Below the pieces are notes generated by a model that did no database searches, was not told the origin of the DNA, and saw nothing but the letters and a program-made list of their open reading frames with translations. Below are positions 9,024-17,457 of a DNA stretch of 32,000 nucleotides, piece by piece. Within the stretch, counting starts at the first letter, position 1. Each line of letters starts with the position of its first letter. The translations under genes and the position numbers were made by a program. The stretch comes from Aquifex aeolicus VF5 (GTDB taxonomy: Bacteria; Aquificota; Aquificia; Aquificales; Aquificaceae), in contig NC_000918.1 in NCBI RefSeq assembly GCF_000008625.1, positions 810,001 to 842,000 on the forward strand, in the 5' to 3' direction.

Positions 9024-9743
9024 ATGGCTAAGAAAAATCCTATCCAGCCCGGACCAGAAGGATACATACCAACCCCTGCCGCATTCCAAGGATGTGACCT
9101 TCCTCCACCAGGAAAAGCACTCCTGTACGGAGAAATAGTAGACGAAGAAGTAGCAATGAGGGAAGCCGCAAAGGCACTCCTGACAAGAAGAAATCCCACT
9201 ATATTCCCCGGTCCTCTGGTCCTGTGGGGATGGAACGCGGACGCAATGGAAAAAGCAAAAGCAGTTCTGGAACTCGCCATGGAAATTCCCAACTGCAGAA
9301 TTATCCCCATGCCCGACTACAGACCCAAGTACCCCAAAATTGACCCAGAAGCGGAAATAAACCCGAACCACCCCAACTTAACGATACTTCACAACAAAAT
9401 AGAGGCTTGTATCTTTGTAGGCGTTCACTGTCACTACGCAAACTTATCTTTAAGGATGATAAGGGCGGGAACGAACTGCTTTACCATAGCTCTATGTGCT
9501 GAAATGGGACACGAAGACGCAATGGTTTCCCTAAGAGACGTTCACGCGGATGAAATAAGGAAGTTCAGGGACGTTGTAGTAGAAGTCAGAAAGGAACTCG
9601 GAATAGAGTGGGAACCCAAACTACCCCCGGAAAATCCATCACTTCCAAAAGAAGACTGGGTCAAGATATCACCCCTGGACTTCGGAGAGTATGCGTATCT
9701 GCTTATCCCCAGAAGGGGTGAAATAGTAGAAGAAAGTGAATAA
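9024..9743 (+). CDS. forD: 2-oxoacid:ferredoxin oxidoreductase accessory D-type subunit (five-subunit type)
   Basis: Strong similarity to the product at 30172-30741 (PPPGKAL, NEIVDEE/GEIVDEE, NPTIFPGP, YRPKYPKIDP, GVHCHYAN). First gene in the D-A-B-G-E order. ATG at 9024 follows GTGGAGG; the track start at 9009 is a TTG. Confidence 0.78.
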   Translation: MAKKNPIQPGPEGYIPTPAAFQGCDLPPPGKALLYGEIVDEEVAMREAAKALLTRRNPTIFPGPLVLWGWNADAMEKAKAVLELAMEIPNCRIIPMPDYRPKYPKIDPEAEINPNHPNLTILHNKIEACIFVGVHCHYANLSLRMIRAGTNCFTIALCAEMGHEDAMVSLRDVHADEIRKFRDVVVEVRKELGIEWEPKLPPENPSLPKEDWVKISPLDFGEYAYLLIPRRGEIVEESE

Positions 9744-9762
9744 CAATTGAGGAGGTGTTGTA

Positions 9763-10932
9763 ATGCCTGAGCAAAGAGTTGTTGAGCCTGACTACCTTCT
9801 TTTAGAGGCTCCAAGGGAGAAAAAATTTATTACCGGATCTCAGGCTTTTGCAGAAGCTGTAAAGAGGGCTAACGTAGACGTCGCTATAGCTTACCCCATA
9901 ACTCCCCAATCCGAAACCATGCACCTAGTCGGTGACCTTTACGCACAAGGATACGTTAAGGATTACTATAGAGCGGAAGAAGAGTACGGTGCTATGTCCG
10001 CAATAGCGGGAGCGGTGAGAGGAGGAGCAAGAGCCTTTACCGCAACATCGGGTCCAGGACTTCTGAGAGGTCTTGAGGCTATAGTTTCATGGCCTGGACA
10101 CAGAATTCCCGCAGTTCTCGGTGTAATGACCAGAGTCGTAAACGCACCCCTCTCCATACAGCCCGACAACGTTGAAATATCCTACTTACTTAACTCAGGA
10201 CTCGTAGTTCTCCACGCTGAAAACCAGCAGGACGTTTTTGACTTTACACTGGCAGGTTTCGTGATCTCCGAAAAAGTAGACGTTTACCTGCCGGTCGTAG
10301 TTGCAACGGAAGGTTTCTTCGTAACTCACGCAAAAGGTTACGTAGAACTCCCACCTGAAGATATGAAACTCCCACCGAGAGATCCTTACAAAGCACCGGT
10401 ACCGCCCACCGACTGTGAAATACCTCCTGCGAGAATACAGAGAGACGCTCCGGTTCAGAAGTCAAACTTCATGAGCTACCTTATACACGCTGTATGGCAG
10501 CAGGAAGTTTGGTCCGCAAACAGGAGAGCTGCAAAGTGGATTAAGCACTACCTCGGTGGACTCATAGAAGTTGTAAACCCAGACGCGGAAGTGTTCGTAG
10601 TAGCTTCCGGATGTGCAGCCGCACAGGGTAGGGAAGCTCAAAGGTACGCTACTATGGAAGGCCTAAACGTAGGTCTAATAAAGGTAAAATCCCTCAGACC
10701 GTTCCCCGTGGACGAAATAAGGGAAGCTCTCAAGAACGCAAAAGCCGTAATAGTTCCCGAGCACAACATAGTTGGATGGCTCGCAAAAGAAGTAAAAGCT
10801 GCTATACCCAACAGCGGAATAGTTGTTGACGGTCCGAGAGTTTACGGAGGAATGACCCTACCCGTTGAACTTATAATGGAAGAAATTTACAAAGCCTTCG
10901 GTATTAAGAAGGAAAAGAAGGTTGTTGTTTAA
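9763..10932 (+). CDS. forA: 2-oxoacid:ferredoxin oxidoreductase alpha subunit
   Basis: 389 aa, alpha-subunit motifs DVAIAYPITPQSETMHLVGDLYAQG..., EYGAMSAIAGAVRGGARAFTATSGPGLLRGLE. Confidence 0.92.
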   Translation: MPEQRVVEPDYLLLEAPREKKFITGSQAFAEAVKRANVDVAIAYPITPQSETMHLVGDLYAQGYVKDYYRAEEEYGAMSAIAGAVRGGARAFTATSGPGLLRGLEAIVSWPGHRIPAVLGVMTRVVNAPLSIQPDNVEISYLLNSGLVVLHAENQQDVFDFTLAGFVISEKVDVYLPVVVATEGFFVTHAKGYVELPPEDMKLPPRDPYKAPVPPTDCEIPPARIQRDAPVQKSNFMSYLIHAVWQQEVWSANRRAAKWIKHYLGGLIEVVNPDAEVFVVASGCAAAQGREAQRYATMEGLNVGLIKVKSLRPFPVDEIREALKNAKAVIVPEHNIVGWLAKEVKAAIPNSGIVVDGPRVYGGMTLPVELIMEEIYKAFGIKKEKKVVV

Positions 10933-10955
10933 AAAAACTTTAAGGAGGTGTTGAT

Positions 10956-11825
10956 ATGGGTCTGGAATACGTAAGAATTTCTCCAGGATTTGAAAAATAC
11001 ATGCCCAGAGACTACGTGGATCTCGTTAAGTACGGGCCCTTCGGAAGAAAAGTAGACGTAATGGATATGGGCCAATTCAAGGAACTCGTTGAAGAACACC
11101 CCATGTGCGCTGGATGCTACATGGCTTACTTCATAAGGGTGTTCTACACGGCACTCCCCAATCCCGAGGACACAATAGTAATCGGAACGGCGGGATGTGC
11201 AAGGCTCGCACTCTCACAAGCTGCAGTTCCCTTCATCTACGGTAACTACGGTGACACGAACGCAGTTGCATCTGGTCTAAAGAGGGCACTTTCTATAAGG
11301 TTCCCCGACAAACACAAGGACGTTGTAGTTATAGCAGGTGACGGTGGTCTCATAGACATCGGTTTTGGTATGACGATGCACTCCTGGTTCAGAAGGGAAA
11401 AGTTCACTACCATAATGGTTGACAACGAAGTTTACGGAAACACTGGCGGACAGGAAAGCGGAATGTCTCCCAAAGGCGTTCAACTCAAGATGGCTCCTTT
11501 AGGAAAGAAGTTCGATAAGATAAACGCCGTTGAACTTGCAAAGACTGCTGGATGTGTTTACGTTGCAAGAATTTCTCCCACAAACCCCAAGAGAATAGCT
11601 AAGACCATAAGAAGGGCGATACTTGCCGCAAGACACTTTGGTCCTACCTTCATCCACGCGTACACCTCCTGTAACATAGAGTACTCCATACCCACGAGAG
11701 AAGTTCTCGCAGACGCAAGGAAGAGGGAAAAGCAGGACTTCAAGTTCTACGAATGGATGACGGACGAAGTTAAGGAATTCCTTGAAGAAGTTGAAAGGAA
11801 GGAAAAGCAGGAGGTTAAGAAATGA
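10956..11825 (+). CDS. forB: 2-oxoacid:ferredoxin oxidoreductase beta subunit (TPP-binding)
   Basis: 289 aa, TPP-binding segment AGDGGLIDIGFGMTMHSWFRREKFTTIMVDNEVYGNTGGQESG. Confidence 0.93.
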   Translation: MGLEYVRISPGFEKYMPRDYVDLVKYGPFGRKVDVMDMGQFKELVEEHPMCAGCYMAYFIRVFYTALPNPEDTIVIGTAGCARLALSQAAVPFIYGNYGDTNAVASGLKRALSIRFPDKHKDVVVIAGDGGLIDIGFGMTMHSWFRREKFTTIMVDNEVYGNTGGQESGMSPKGVQLKMAPLGKKFDKINAVELAKTAGCVYVARISPTNPKRIAKTIRRAILAARHFGPTFIHAYTSCNIEYSIPTREVLADARKREKQDFKFYEWMTDEVKEFLEEVERKEKQEVKK

Positions 11826-12514
11826 AAAGGTACAACATAAGAATAGCCGGTGTTGGTGGGCAGGGGGTCGTTACCTCTGCCCACATTATTGGAAACGCTA
11901 TGGCAGCCGCCGGAAAGTACGCCTCCCTGGTACCCTTCTTCGGTTCTGAAAAGAGAATGGCTCCCGTTGAAGCTTACGTCAGGGCTTCAGATCAGCCCAT
12001 TTACGAAGTCGGTGAAGTTGTTTACCCCAACGTTATCATGATTTACCACCCTCAGGTTATAACTCACGGTAAGTCCTACACAATGCCCTTCTACTCCGGA
12101 CTAAAAGAGAATGGAATGATAATAATTAACTCGGACGTAGACATAATTCCCGATGAAGACAAGAAAATACTCGAAGAACTAAACGCAAAGATTTACTACA
12201 TTCCAGCTACCCAGATAGCGAGGGACATAGCCGGAACGGAACTCGCCACGAACATGGCTATGGTGGGAACTTTCTTCGGTATCACGAGACTCGTTACTCT
12301 CGAACACATAGAAAAGGCTTTAATTGAAAGGTTCCTAGGAGGAACTTTCGTAGCATCAGGTGGTACCACGGCACTTGACTCCGCAATTGAAAAGAAATTC
12401 AAGAAGAAACAAGAACTCCTTGCAAAGAACATGGAGGTTATTAAGTACACGATGAAGATGGCTGAAGAAAACGGCTGGGTAGAGGAGGAAGAAGAGCAGG
12501 TAAAAGCCCAGTAG
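11822..12514 (+). CDS. forG: 2-oxoacid:ferredoxin oxidoreductase gamma subunit
   Basis: 230 aa, RIAGVGGQGVVTSAHIIGNAMAAAGKY typical of gamma subunits. Overlaps forB stop by 4 nt. Confidence 0.92.
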   Translation: MKRYNIRIAGVGGQGVVTSAHIIGNAMAAAGKYASLVPFFGSEKRMAPVEAYVRASDQPIYEVGEVVYPNVIMIYHPQVITHGKSYTMPFYSGLKENGMIIINSDVDIIPDEDKKILEELNAKIYYIPATQIARDIAGTELATNMAMVGTFFGITRLVTLEHIEKALIERFLGGTFVASGGTTALDSAIEKKFKKKQELLAKNMEVIKYTMKMAEENGWVEEEEEQVKAQ

Positions 12515-12527
12515 GAGGTATAGATAG

Positions 12528-12764
12528 ATGTACTTTGTGGCTGATGTAAAAGAAAAAGAATGTGCTCAGTACAACTGCAAACAGTGCGTTCTCTTCTGCC
12601 CTGAGCCAAACTGCTTGAACTTTAAGGCTTCTACGAACAGCGCTTGGGTATGGTACGACAGGTGTAAGGGATGCGAAATCTGCGTTTACGTGTGTTCTGA
12701 CCTCTTAAAGAGACACTGCATTGAAATGGTAATGGTAACGCCCAAGGCTACGGCAAAATCTTAA
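12528..12764 (+). CDS. forE: Ferredoxin-like E-type subunit
   Basis: 78 aa, Cys pattern CAQYNCKQCVLFCPEP plus CKGCEICVYVC. Paralogous to the product at 29920. Confidence 0.85.
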   Translation: MYFVADVKEKECAQYNCKQCVLFCPEPNCLNFKASTNSAWVWYDRCKGCEICVYVCSDLLKRHCIEMVMVTPKATAKS

Positions 12765-12810
12765 GCCTTTTCCCTTTCTCTGTTATACTTTTCTTTAAGG
12801 GAGGTGAAGT

Positions 12811-13143
12811 GTGACCATAAACGAAAAAGAAATTGAAAAATTAAAGAAGCTTGCGAAGGAACTGGAAGACTTACCGGTCGGTGTAGATATTGACTTGGAA
12901 GTTTGTTTTGACGATGTTGTGAAGGAAGAAGGCTGTGAAGTTGACTTAACACCCGGTTACAAACCTCAGTATCCGTACGTGAAGATCGTTTACAAAACTG
13001 GAGACGGAGACCTTTTTGAGAAGAAGATAGAAATACCACCCGAAATACTCAAAAAAGACATTAAAGAAATAAAGGAATTTGTAACCTTTGCAATAGAACA
13101 ATTTATGGAAGAAATAGACAGCGTGGAGTACGGAGGAGAATAA
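12811..13143 (+). CDS. Hypothetical acidic protein, 110 aa
   Basis: GTG start preceded by AAGGGAGG. Intact ORF filling the gap between forE and carB. No family recognised. Confidence 0.7.
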   Translation: MTINEKEIEKLKKLAKELEDLPVGVDIDLEVCFDDVVKEEGCEVDLTPGYKPQYPYVKIVYKTGDGDLFEKKIEIPPEILKKDIKEIKEFVTFAIEQFMEEIDSVEYGGE

Positions 13144-13158
13144 GTATAATCTTTCTTA

Positions 13159-14772
13159 ATGTCTAAAAAGGTTGTAATACTCGGAAGCGGACCCAACAGA
13201 ATAGGACAAGGTATAGAGTTCGATTACGCCTGTGTTCACGCCGTTTTTTCTCTTCAAGAAGAAGGTTATTACGCCGTAATGGTTAACTGCAATCCCGAAA
13301 CCGTTTCTACCGACTACGACACAGCCGATAAACTCTACTTTGAGCCTATTGTCTTTGAACACGTAATGGACATAATAGAGCGAGAAAAACCCGAAGGCGT
13401 TATACTCCAGTTTGGCGGACAAACCCCTCTGAAGCTAGCACTCCCGCTTCAAAAAAACGGAGTAAAAATCTTAGGAACTAAACCCGAAAGCATAGACAAA
13501 GCTGAGGACAGGGAACTTTTCAGGGAATTAATAATAGAGCTGGGGCTCAAGCAACCACCAAGCGGTACTGCAAGAACAAAAGAAGAAGCCCTAAAAATAG
13601 CAAAGGAAATAGGCTTCCCCGTTCTTGTGAGACCCTCTTACGTACTCGGCGGAAGGGCTATGCGGATAGTCTACGACGAGGAAGAATTGAAGGAATACCT
13701 CGAAGAGGCTGTAAGCGTAAGTCATGAGAGACCCGTATTAATAGACAAATTCCTTGACAACAGTATAGAACTGGACGTTGACGCGGTATCTGACGGAAAA
13801 GACGTTTTAATCGGAGCGGTTATGGAGCACATAGAAGAGGCGGGAGTTCACTCCGGAGACAGCGCTACTTCAATACCCCCCTACTCCCTTTCCAAGGAAA
13901 TTGTAGAAGAAGTAAAGGAACAGACGAGAAAACTCGCCGTAGCCCTTGAGGTAAAGGGACTCATAAACGTTCAGTACGCGGTTCAAAACAACGAGGTTTA
14001 CGTCCTTGAGGTAAACCCGCGGGCTTCTAGAACGGTTCCCTTCGTCAGCAAAAGTATAGGTTATCCCCTTGCAAAAATAGCAACTAAAGTTGCAATTGGG
14101 AAAAGCTTGAGGGAAATACTACCGGAAGTCTTTGAAAGACTTGAGAAAGGAGAGGCACACTTTGCCTCGGATTTCCTCCCTAAAGAAAAAAAGATATTCT
14201 CTGTAAAGGAAGTCGTATTTCCCTGGAAACGTTTTCCGGAAGTTGACCCGATTTTAGGGCCGGAAATGAAGAGTACGGGGGAGGTTATGGGGATAGATAA
14301 AGAGTTCGGACTCGCCTACTACAAGGCTCAGCTTTCAGCTGGCTACAGACTTCCAGAAAAGGGAAACTTATTTATAAGCGTTGCGGACAGGGACAAACCC
14401 AAAATCCTTGAACTTGCAAAAGAATTTGAGAAACTCGGTTTTGGTATATATGCAACTTCCGGTACTTACAAATTTCTAAAGGAGCACGGTGTAAACGCCA
14501 AAAGGGTTTTGAAGGTTTCAGAAGGCAGACCTAACGTTGTTGACATGATAATAAACGGAGAAATTCATCTGGTAATAAATACTCCCTCCGGAAAGCGTGA
14601 AAAGAGCGACGCTTATTACATAAGGAGGGCATGCGTTCAGTTTAACGTTCCTTACTACACTACGATGCGTGCGGGATACGCAGTTCTTGAAGCAATAAAA
14701 AGCATAAAGAAATTAAAAGAAGAAGGAAAAGGCTTAAGTGTTCATTCCCTTCAAGAGATTTATAATATTTAG
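13159..14772 (+). CDS. carB: Carbamoyl-phosphate synthase large subunit, C-terminal half (split CarB)
   Basis: 537 aa starting at KKVVILGSGPNRIGQGIEFDYACVHA (CarB second half), ATP-grasp (VRPSYVLGGRAMRIVYDEEEL) and C-terminal MGS-like domain (GTYKFLKEHG, VINTPSG, RR.C). The N-terminal half is absent upstream. Confidence 0.93.
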   Translation: MSKKVVILGSGPNRIGQGIEFDYACVHAVFSLQEEGYYAVMVNCNPETVSTDYDTADKLYFEPIVFEHVMDIIEREKPEGVILQFGGQTPLKLALPLQKNGVKILGTKPESIDKAEDRELFRELIIELGLKQPPSGTARTKEEALKIAKEIGFPVLVRPSYVLGGRAMRIVYDEEELKEYLEEAVSVSHERPVLIDKFLDNSIELDVDAVSDGKDVLIGAVMEHIEEAGVHSGDSATSIPPYSLSKEIVEEVKEQTRKLAVALEVKGLINVQYAVQNNEVYVLEVNPRASRTVPFVSKSIGYPLAKIATKVAIGKSLREILPEVFERLEKGEAHFASDFLPKEKKIFSVKEVVFPWKRFPEVDPILGPEMKSTGEVMGIDKEFGLAYYKAQLSAGYRLPEKGNLFISVADRDKPKILELAKEFEKLGFGIYATSGTYKFLKEHGVNAKRVLKVSEGRPNVVDMIINGEIHLVINTPSGKREKSDAYYIRRACVQFNVPYYTTMRAGYAVLEAIKSIKKLKEEGKGLSVHSLQEIYNI

Positions 14773-14800
14773 TTAGTAAATCCTAACAGGAGGTGGAAGG

Positions 14801-14884
14801 ATGGGCGACGTAATGATAGCTGTTATAACTATCGTAGTTTTACTCGCGTTAATACCCGTATTCTCAAAGCTTCTTCCCGCTTAA
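14801..14884 (+). CDS. Putative 27-aa single-pass membrane microprotein
   Basis: ATG...TAA encodes MGDVMIAVITIVVLLALIPVFSKLLPA. AGGAGG lies upstream and sixA starts 3 nt after its stop. Not in the ORF track (below its apparent size cutoff). Confidence 0.65.
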   Translation: MGDVMIAVITIVVLLALIPVFSKLLPA

Positions 14885-14887
14885 GCC

Positions 14888-15337
14888 ATGTTTTGGGTTT
14901 TTCTCGTAAGGCACGGTGAGGCTTATCCCGAAGAGGTAGACCCTCAAAGACCTTTAACCGAAAAGGGAAGGAAAGATACAGAAAAGATCGCGAAAGCCCT
15001 GAAAAATTTCGGTGTAAAACCTGAACTGATATACACTTCTCCTAAGCTGAGGGCAAAACAAACCGCAAAAATAATTGCGAACATTTTAGGTGTTGAAAAA
15101 ATCAGGGAAACGGAACTCCTCCTTCCGAATACCGATCCAAAAGAAACTTCAAAGCTGATTGACGGAAAAAACGTAGTCCTTTGCGGACACCTTCCCAATC
15201 TCGCCCGCTTGTTTTCCTTACTTTATCTGTCTGAAGACAACGAAAGAAGGGTTAATTTATCCACATCTGGAGCTTTAGTTCTCAAATGGAAAGATTTCTG
15301 GGTTTTAGAACTCCTCTTGGAGCCCTCGGTGTTGTAA
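14888..15337 (+). CDS. sixA: Phosphohistidine phosphatase SixA-like (histidine phosphatase superfamily)
   Basis: 149 aa, RHGEAYPEEVDPQRPLTEKGRKD, SPKLRAKQTA, GHLPNLARL. Confidence 0.88.
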   Translation: MFWVFLVRHGEAYPEEVDPQRPLTEKGRKDTEKIAKALKNFGVKPELIYTSPKLRAKQTAKIIANILGVEKIRETELLLPNTDPKETSKLIDGKNVVLCGHLPNLARLFSLLYLSEDNERRVNLSTSGALVLKWKDFWVLELLLEPSVL

Positions 15338-15966
15338 TACTCTTAACACTCATTCTTTCCAGCTGTAGTGTAAAAACCTCATACAAAGAAAAGGGTAGAG
15401 TTTACAACGGCAAATGTCCAGAATATGCAAAAGTATGGGTTCATTACTGCCCAACGAAATACGCTTACACGGACAGGTATCAGCACCTCAGTAAGGTAAA
15501 AATCGTAAATCCCAGAAACGGAAAAAGTGTAAAAATATCACTCAGACTTAACAAAAAGGTTAGGGGTATATGCCTACCTAAGAGGCTGAAGAAGTACTTA
15601 GGAAAGCCCTTTCTGGGAAAGGTTTATCTTCTAAGATGCGGAGAAAACGGCGTAAAGAAGTGTCCGAAGTACATAAGGGGATACGCCTCGTGGTACGGAG
15701 GAAAGTTCCACGGGAGGAAAACTGCTTCGGGAATAAGGTTCAATCAACACGAGTATTACGCAGCTCACAGGTACTTGCCATTCGGAACACTCCTTGAAGT
15801 TAAAAATTTAAAAAACGGCAGAAAGGTGATTGTTAAAGTCGTGGACAGGGGACCCTACGTCAGGGGAAGGCACCTTGACCTTTCTTACGCAGCAGCTAAA
15901 AAGCTGGGTATGATAAGGGACGGTGTAATTCCCTTTGAGGCGAAAGTGCTCAGGTGTGGTTACTGA
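15286..15966 (+). CDS. rlpA: RlpA-like septal ring lipoprotein (double-psi beta-barrel)
   Basis: 226 aa, lipobox LSSC after a hydrophobic stretch, and GYASWYGGKFHGRKTASGIRFNQHEYYAAHRYLPFGT and VKVVDRGPYVRGRHLDLSYAAA. Confidence 0.92.
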   Translation: MERFLGFRTPLGALGVVILLTLILSSCSVKTSYKEKGRVYNGKCPEYAKVWVHYCPTKYAYTDRYQHLSKVKIVNPRNGKSVKISLRLNKKVRGICLPKRLKKYLGKPFLGKVYLLRCGENGVKKCPKYIRGYASWYGGKFHGRKTASGIRFNQHEYYAAHRYLPFGTLLEVKNLKNGRKVIVKVVDRGPYVRGRHLDLSYAAAKKLGMIRDGVIPFEAKVLRCGY

Positions 15967-15993
15967 AAAAGGTGTATATTTAAACTTGTTAAG

Positions 15994-17391
15994 ATGTGCG
16001 GAGTTGCAGGAGTCTTTAATTCCCCTTACGCAGCGGAATATGCCCTTTTAATGATTTACTCACTCCAGCACAGGGGACAGGAAAGTGTAGGGATAAGTTC
16101 CTCTGATGAAAAGGAAATTTACACCGTTAAAAAACCCGGAAGGGTTTTAGAAGCGATAAAAAAAGAAGACCTTGAAAAATTAAAAGGAAGTATAGCGATA
16201 GCACACGTCAGGTACTCAACAGCGGGAAACGCAGGAGGCTTTAACGCCCAGCCTCTTGTGAGGGAAACACCTCTCGGAAAAGTTGCGGTAGTACACAACG
16301 GAAACCTCGTAAACTTCCTAACTTTGAGAAAGGAGCTTGAAGATAAAGGTATAAAGTTCAATTACAACTCTGACAGCGAACTCTTTTTAGCACTTCTTGA
16401 GGAAGGAAGGACCTATATACCTGAAGGTGTAACGCTTCATCCGGAGGACAAGGATTTCCTTCCCTACATCTTTTACGCCCTTTCTAGAGTTAAAGGTGCC
16501 TACAGTTTGATATACCTCTTTAGGGACAAGCTCGTAGTTGCGAGGGATCCATACGGTTTCAGACCCTTAGCCTTGGGAAGGAAGAAAAACACCATTCTGG
16601 TAGCTTCGGAGAGCTGTGCCTTTGACATACTTGAAGCTGAATTCTGGAGAGAAGTAAAACCGGGTGAAGTTCTCGTAATAGACAAAAAAGGAAAGAGGAG
16701 CTACAGGATATTCAGTTCACCCAGAAAAGCTATGTGCATATTTGAGTTTGTGTACTTCTCAAGACCGGACAGCTACATATTCGGCGACTGGGTATACAAC
16801 GTGAGAAAAGAAATGGGAAGACAGCTTGCGAGAGAAGATAACATAGAAGCGGACGTTGTCATTCCCGTTCCCGATTCTGGAGTCGTTCCGGCACTCGGAT
16901 ACGCGGAGGAAAAGGGACTGCCTTTTGAGTACGGGCTTATAAGAAACCACTACGTGGGAAGGAGCTTTATAGAACCAACACCCGAACTCAGAAACTTAAG
17001 AGTTTTAATGAAGCTCTCTCCCAACAGAGCCGTTCTGCAAGGGAAGAGAGTTATAGTTATAGATGACTCCCTCGTGAGAGGAACTACCTCAAAGAGGATA
17101 GTCAGCATGCTCAGGAGGGCAGGTGCTAAGGAAATACACATGAGGATAGCCTCTCCGCCCGTCGTGGGACCCTGTTACTACGGCATAGACACGCCCACAA
17201 AAGAGGAGTTAATAGCAAACAAAATGCCGATAGAGGATATAGCCAAGTTCATAGGTGTAGATTCCCTGAAGTACCTTTCTTTAGAAGGCTTGAGAAAGTG
17301 TGTTGATAAGCCTGAAGATTTCTGCGACGCATGCTTTAGCCTGAATTATCCCGTAGAAGTTGAAGATAATGTCCCCTCAAAGATACGCTAA
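15994..17391 (+). CDS. purF: Amidophosphoribosyltransferase
   Basis: 465 aa, MCGVAGVF N-terminal nucleophile, YSLQHRGQES, VIDDSLVRGTTSKRIV PRPP site. Confidence 0.97.
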   Translation: MCGVAGVFNSPYAAEYALLMIYSLQHRGQESVGISSSDEKEIYTVKKPGRVLEAIKKEDLEKLKGSIAIAHVRYSTAGNAGGFNAQPLVRETPLGKVAVVHNGNLVNFLTLRKELEDKGIKFNYNSDSELFLALLEEGRTYIPEGVTLHPEDKDFLPYIFYALSRVKGAYSLIYLFRDKLVVARDPYGFRPLALGRKKNTILVASESCAFDILEAEFWREVKPGEVLVIDKKGKRSYRIFSSPRKAMCIFEFVYFSRPDSYIFGDWVYNVRKEMGRQLAREDNIEADVVIPVPDSGVVPALGYAEEKGLPFEYGLIRNHYVGRSFIEPTPELRNLRVLMKLSPNRAVLQGKRVIVIDDSLVRGTTSKRIVSMLRRAGAKEIHMRIASPPVVGPCYYGIDTPTKEELIANKMPIEDIAKFIGVDSLKYLSLEGLRKCVDKPEDFCDACFSLNYPVEVEDNVPSKIR

Positions 17392-17395
17392 AAAT

Positions 17396-17424
17396 TTGAC
17401 AAATCTAAACTAAAGAAATATCAT
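17396..17424 (+). promoter_or_regulatory. Sigma70-type promoter for the DUF5335-like gene
   Basis: TTGACA (17396-17401), exactly 17 bp, TATCAT (17419-17424), followed by a GGGAGGTGG ribosome-binding site and ATG at 17458. Confidence 0.72.
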
Positions 17425-17457
17425 AAAAATTGTTAAAACTCACAGGGAGGTGGAAAG

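Noticed and set aside
8979-9371. 130-aa and 108-aa minus-strand ORFs opposite forD
   Set aside because: They overlap each other in different frames and are opposite a conserved gene. They are shadow ORFs of codon bias.
14771-14786. GTTAG...CTAAC inverted repeat upstream of the 27-aa ORF as a regulatory hairpin
   Set aside because: A 5-bp arm is expected by chance in this AT-rich stretch.
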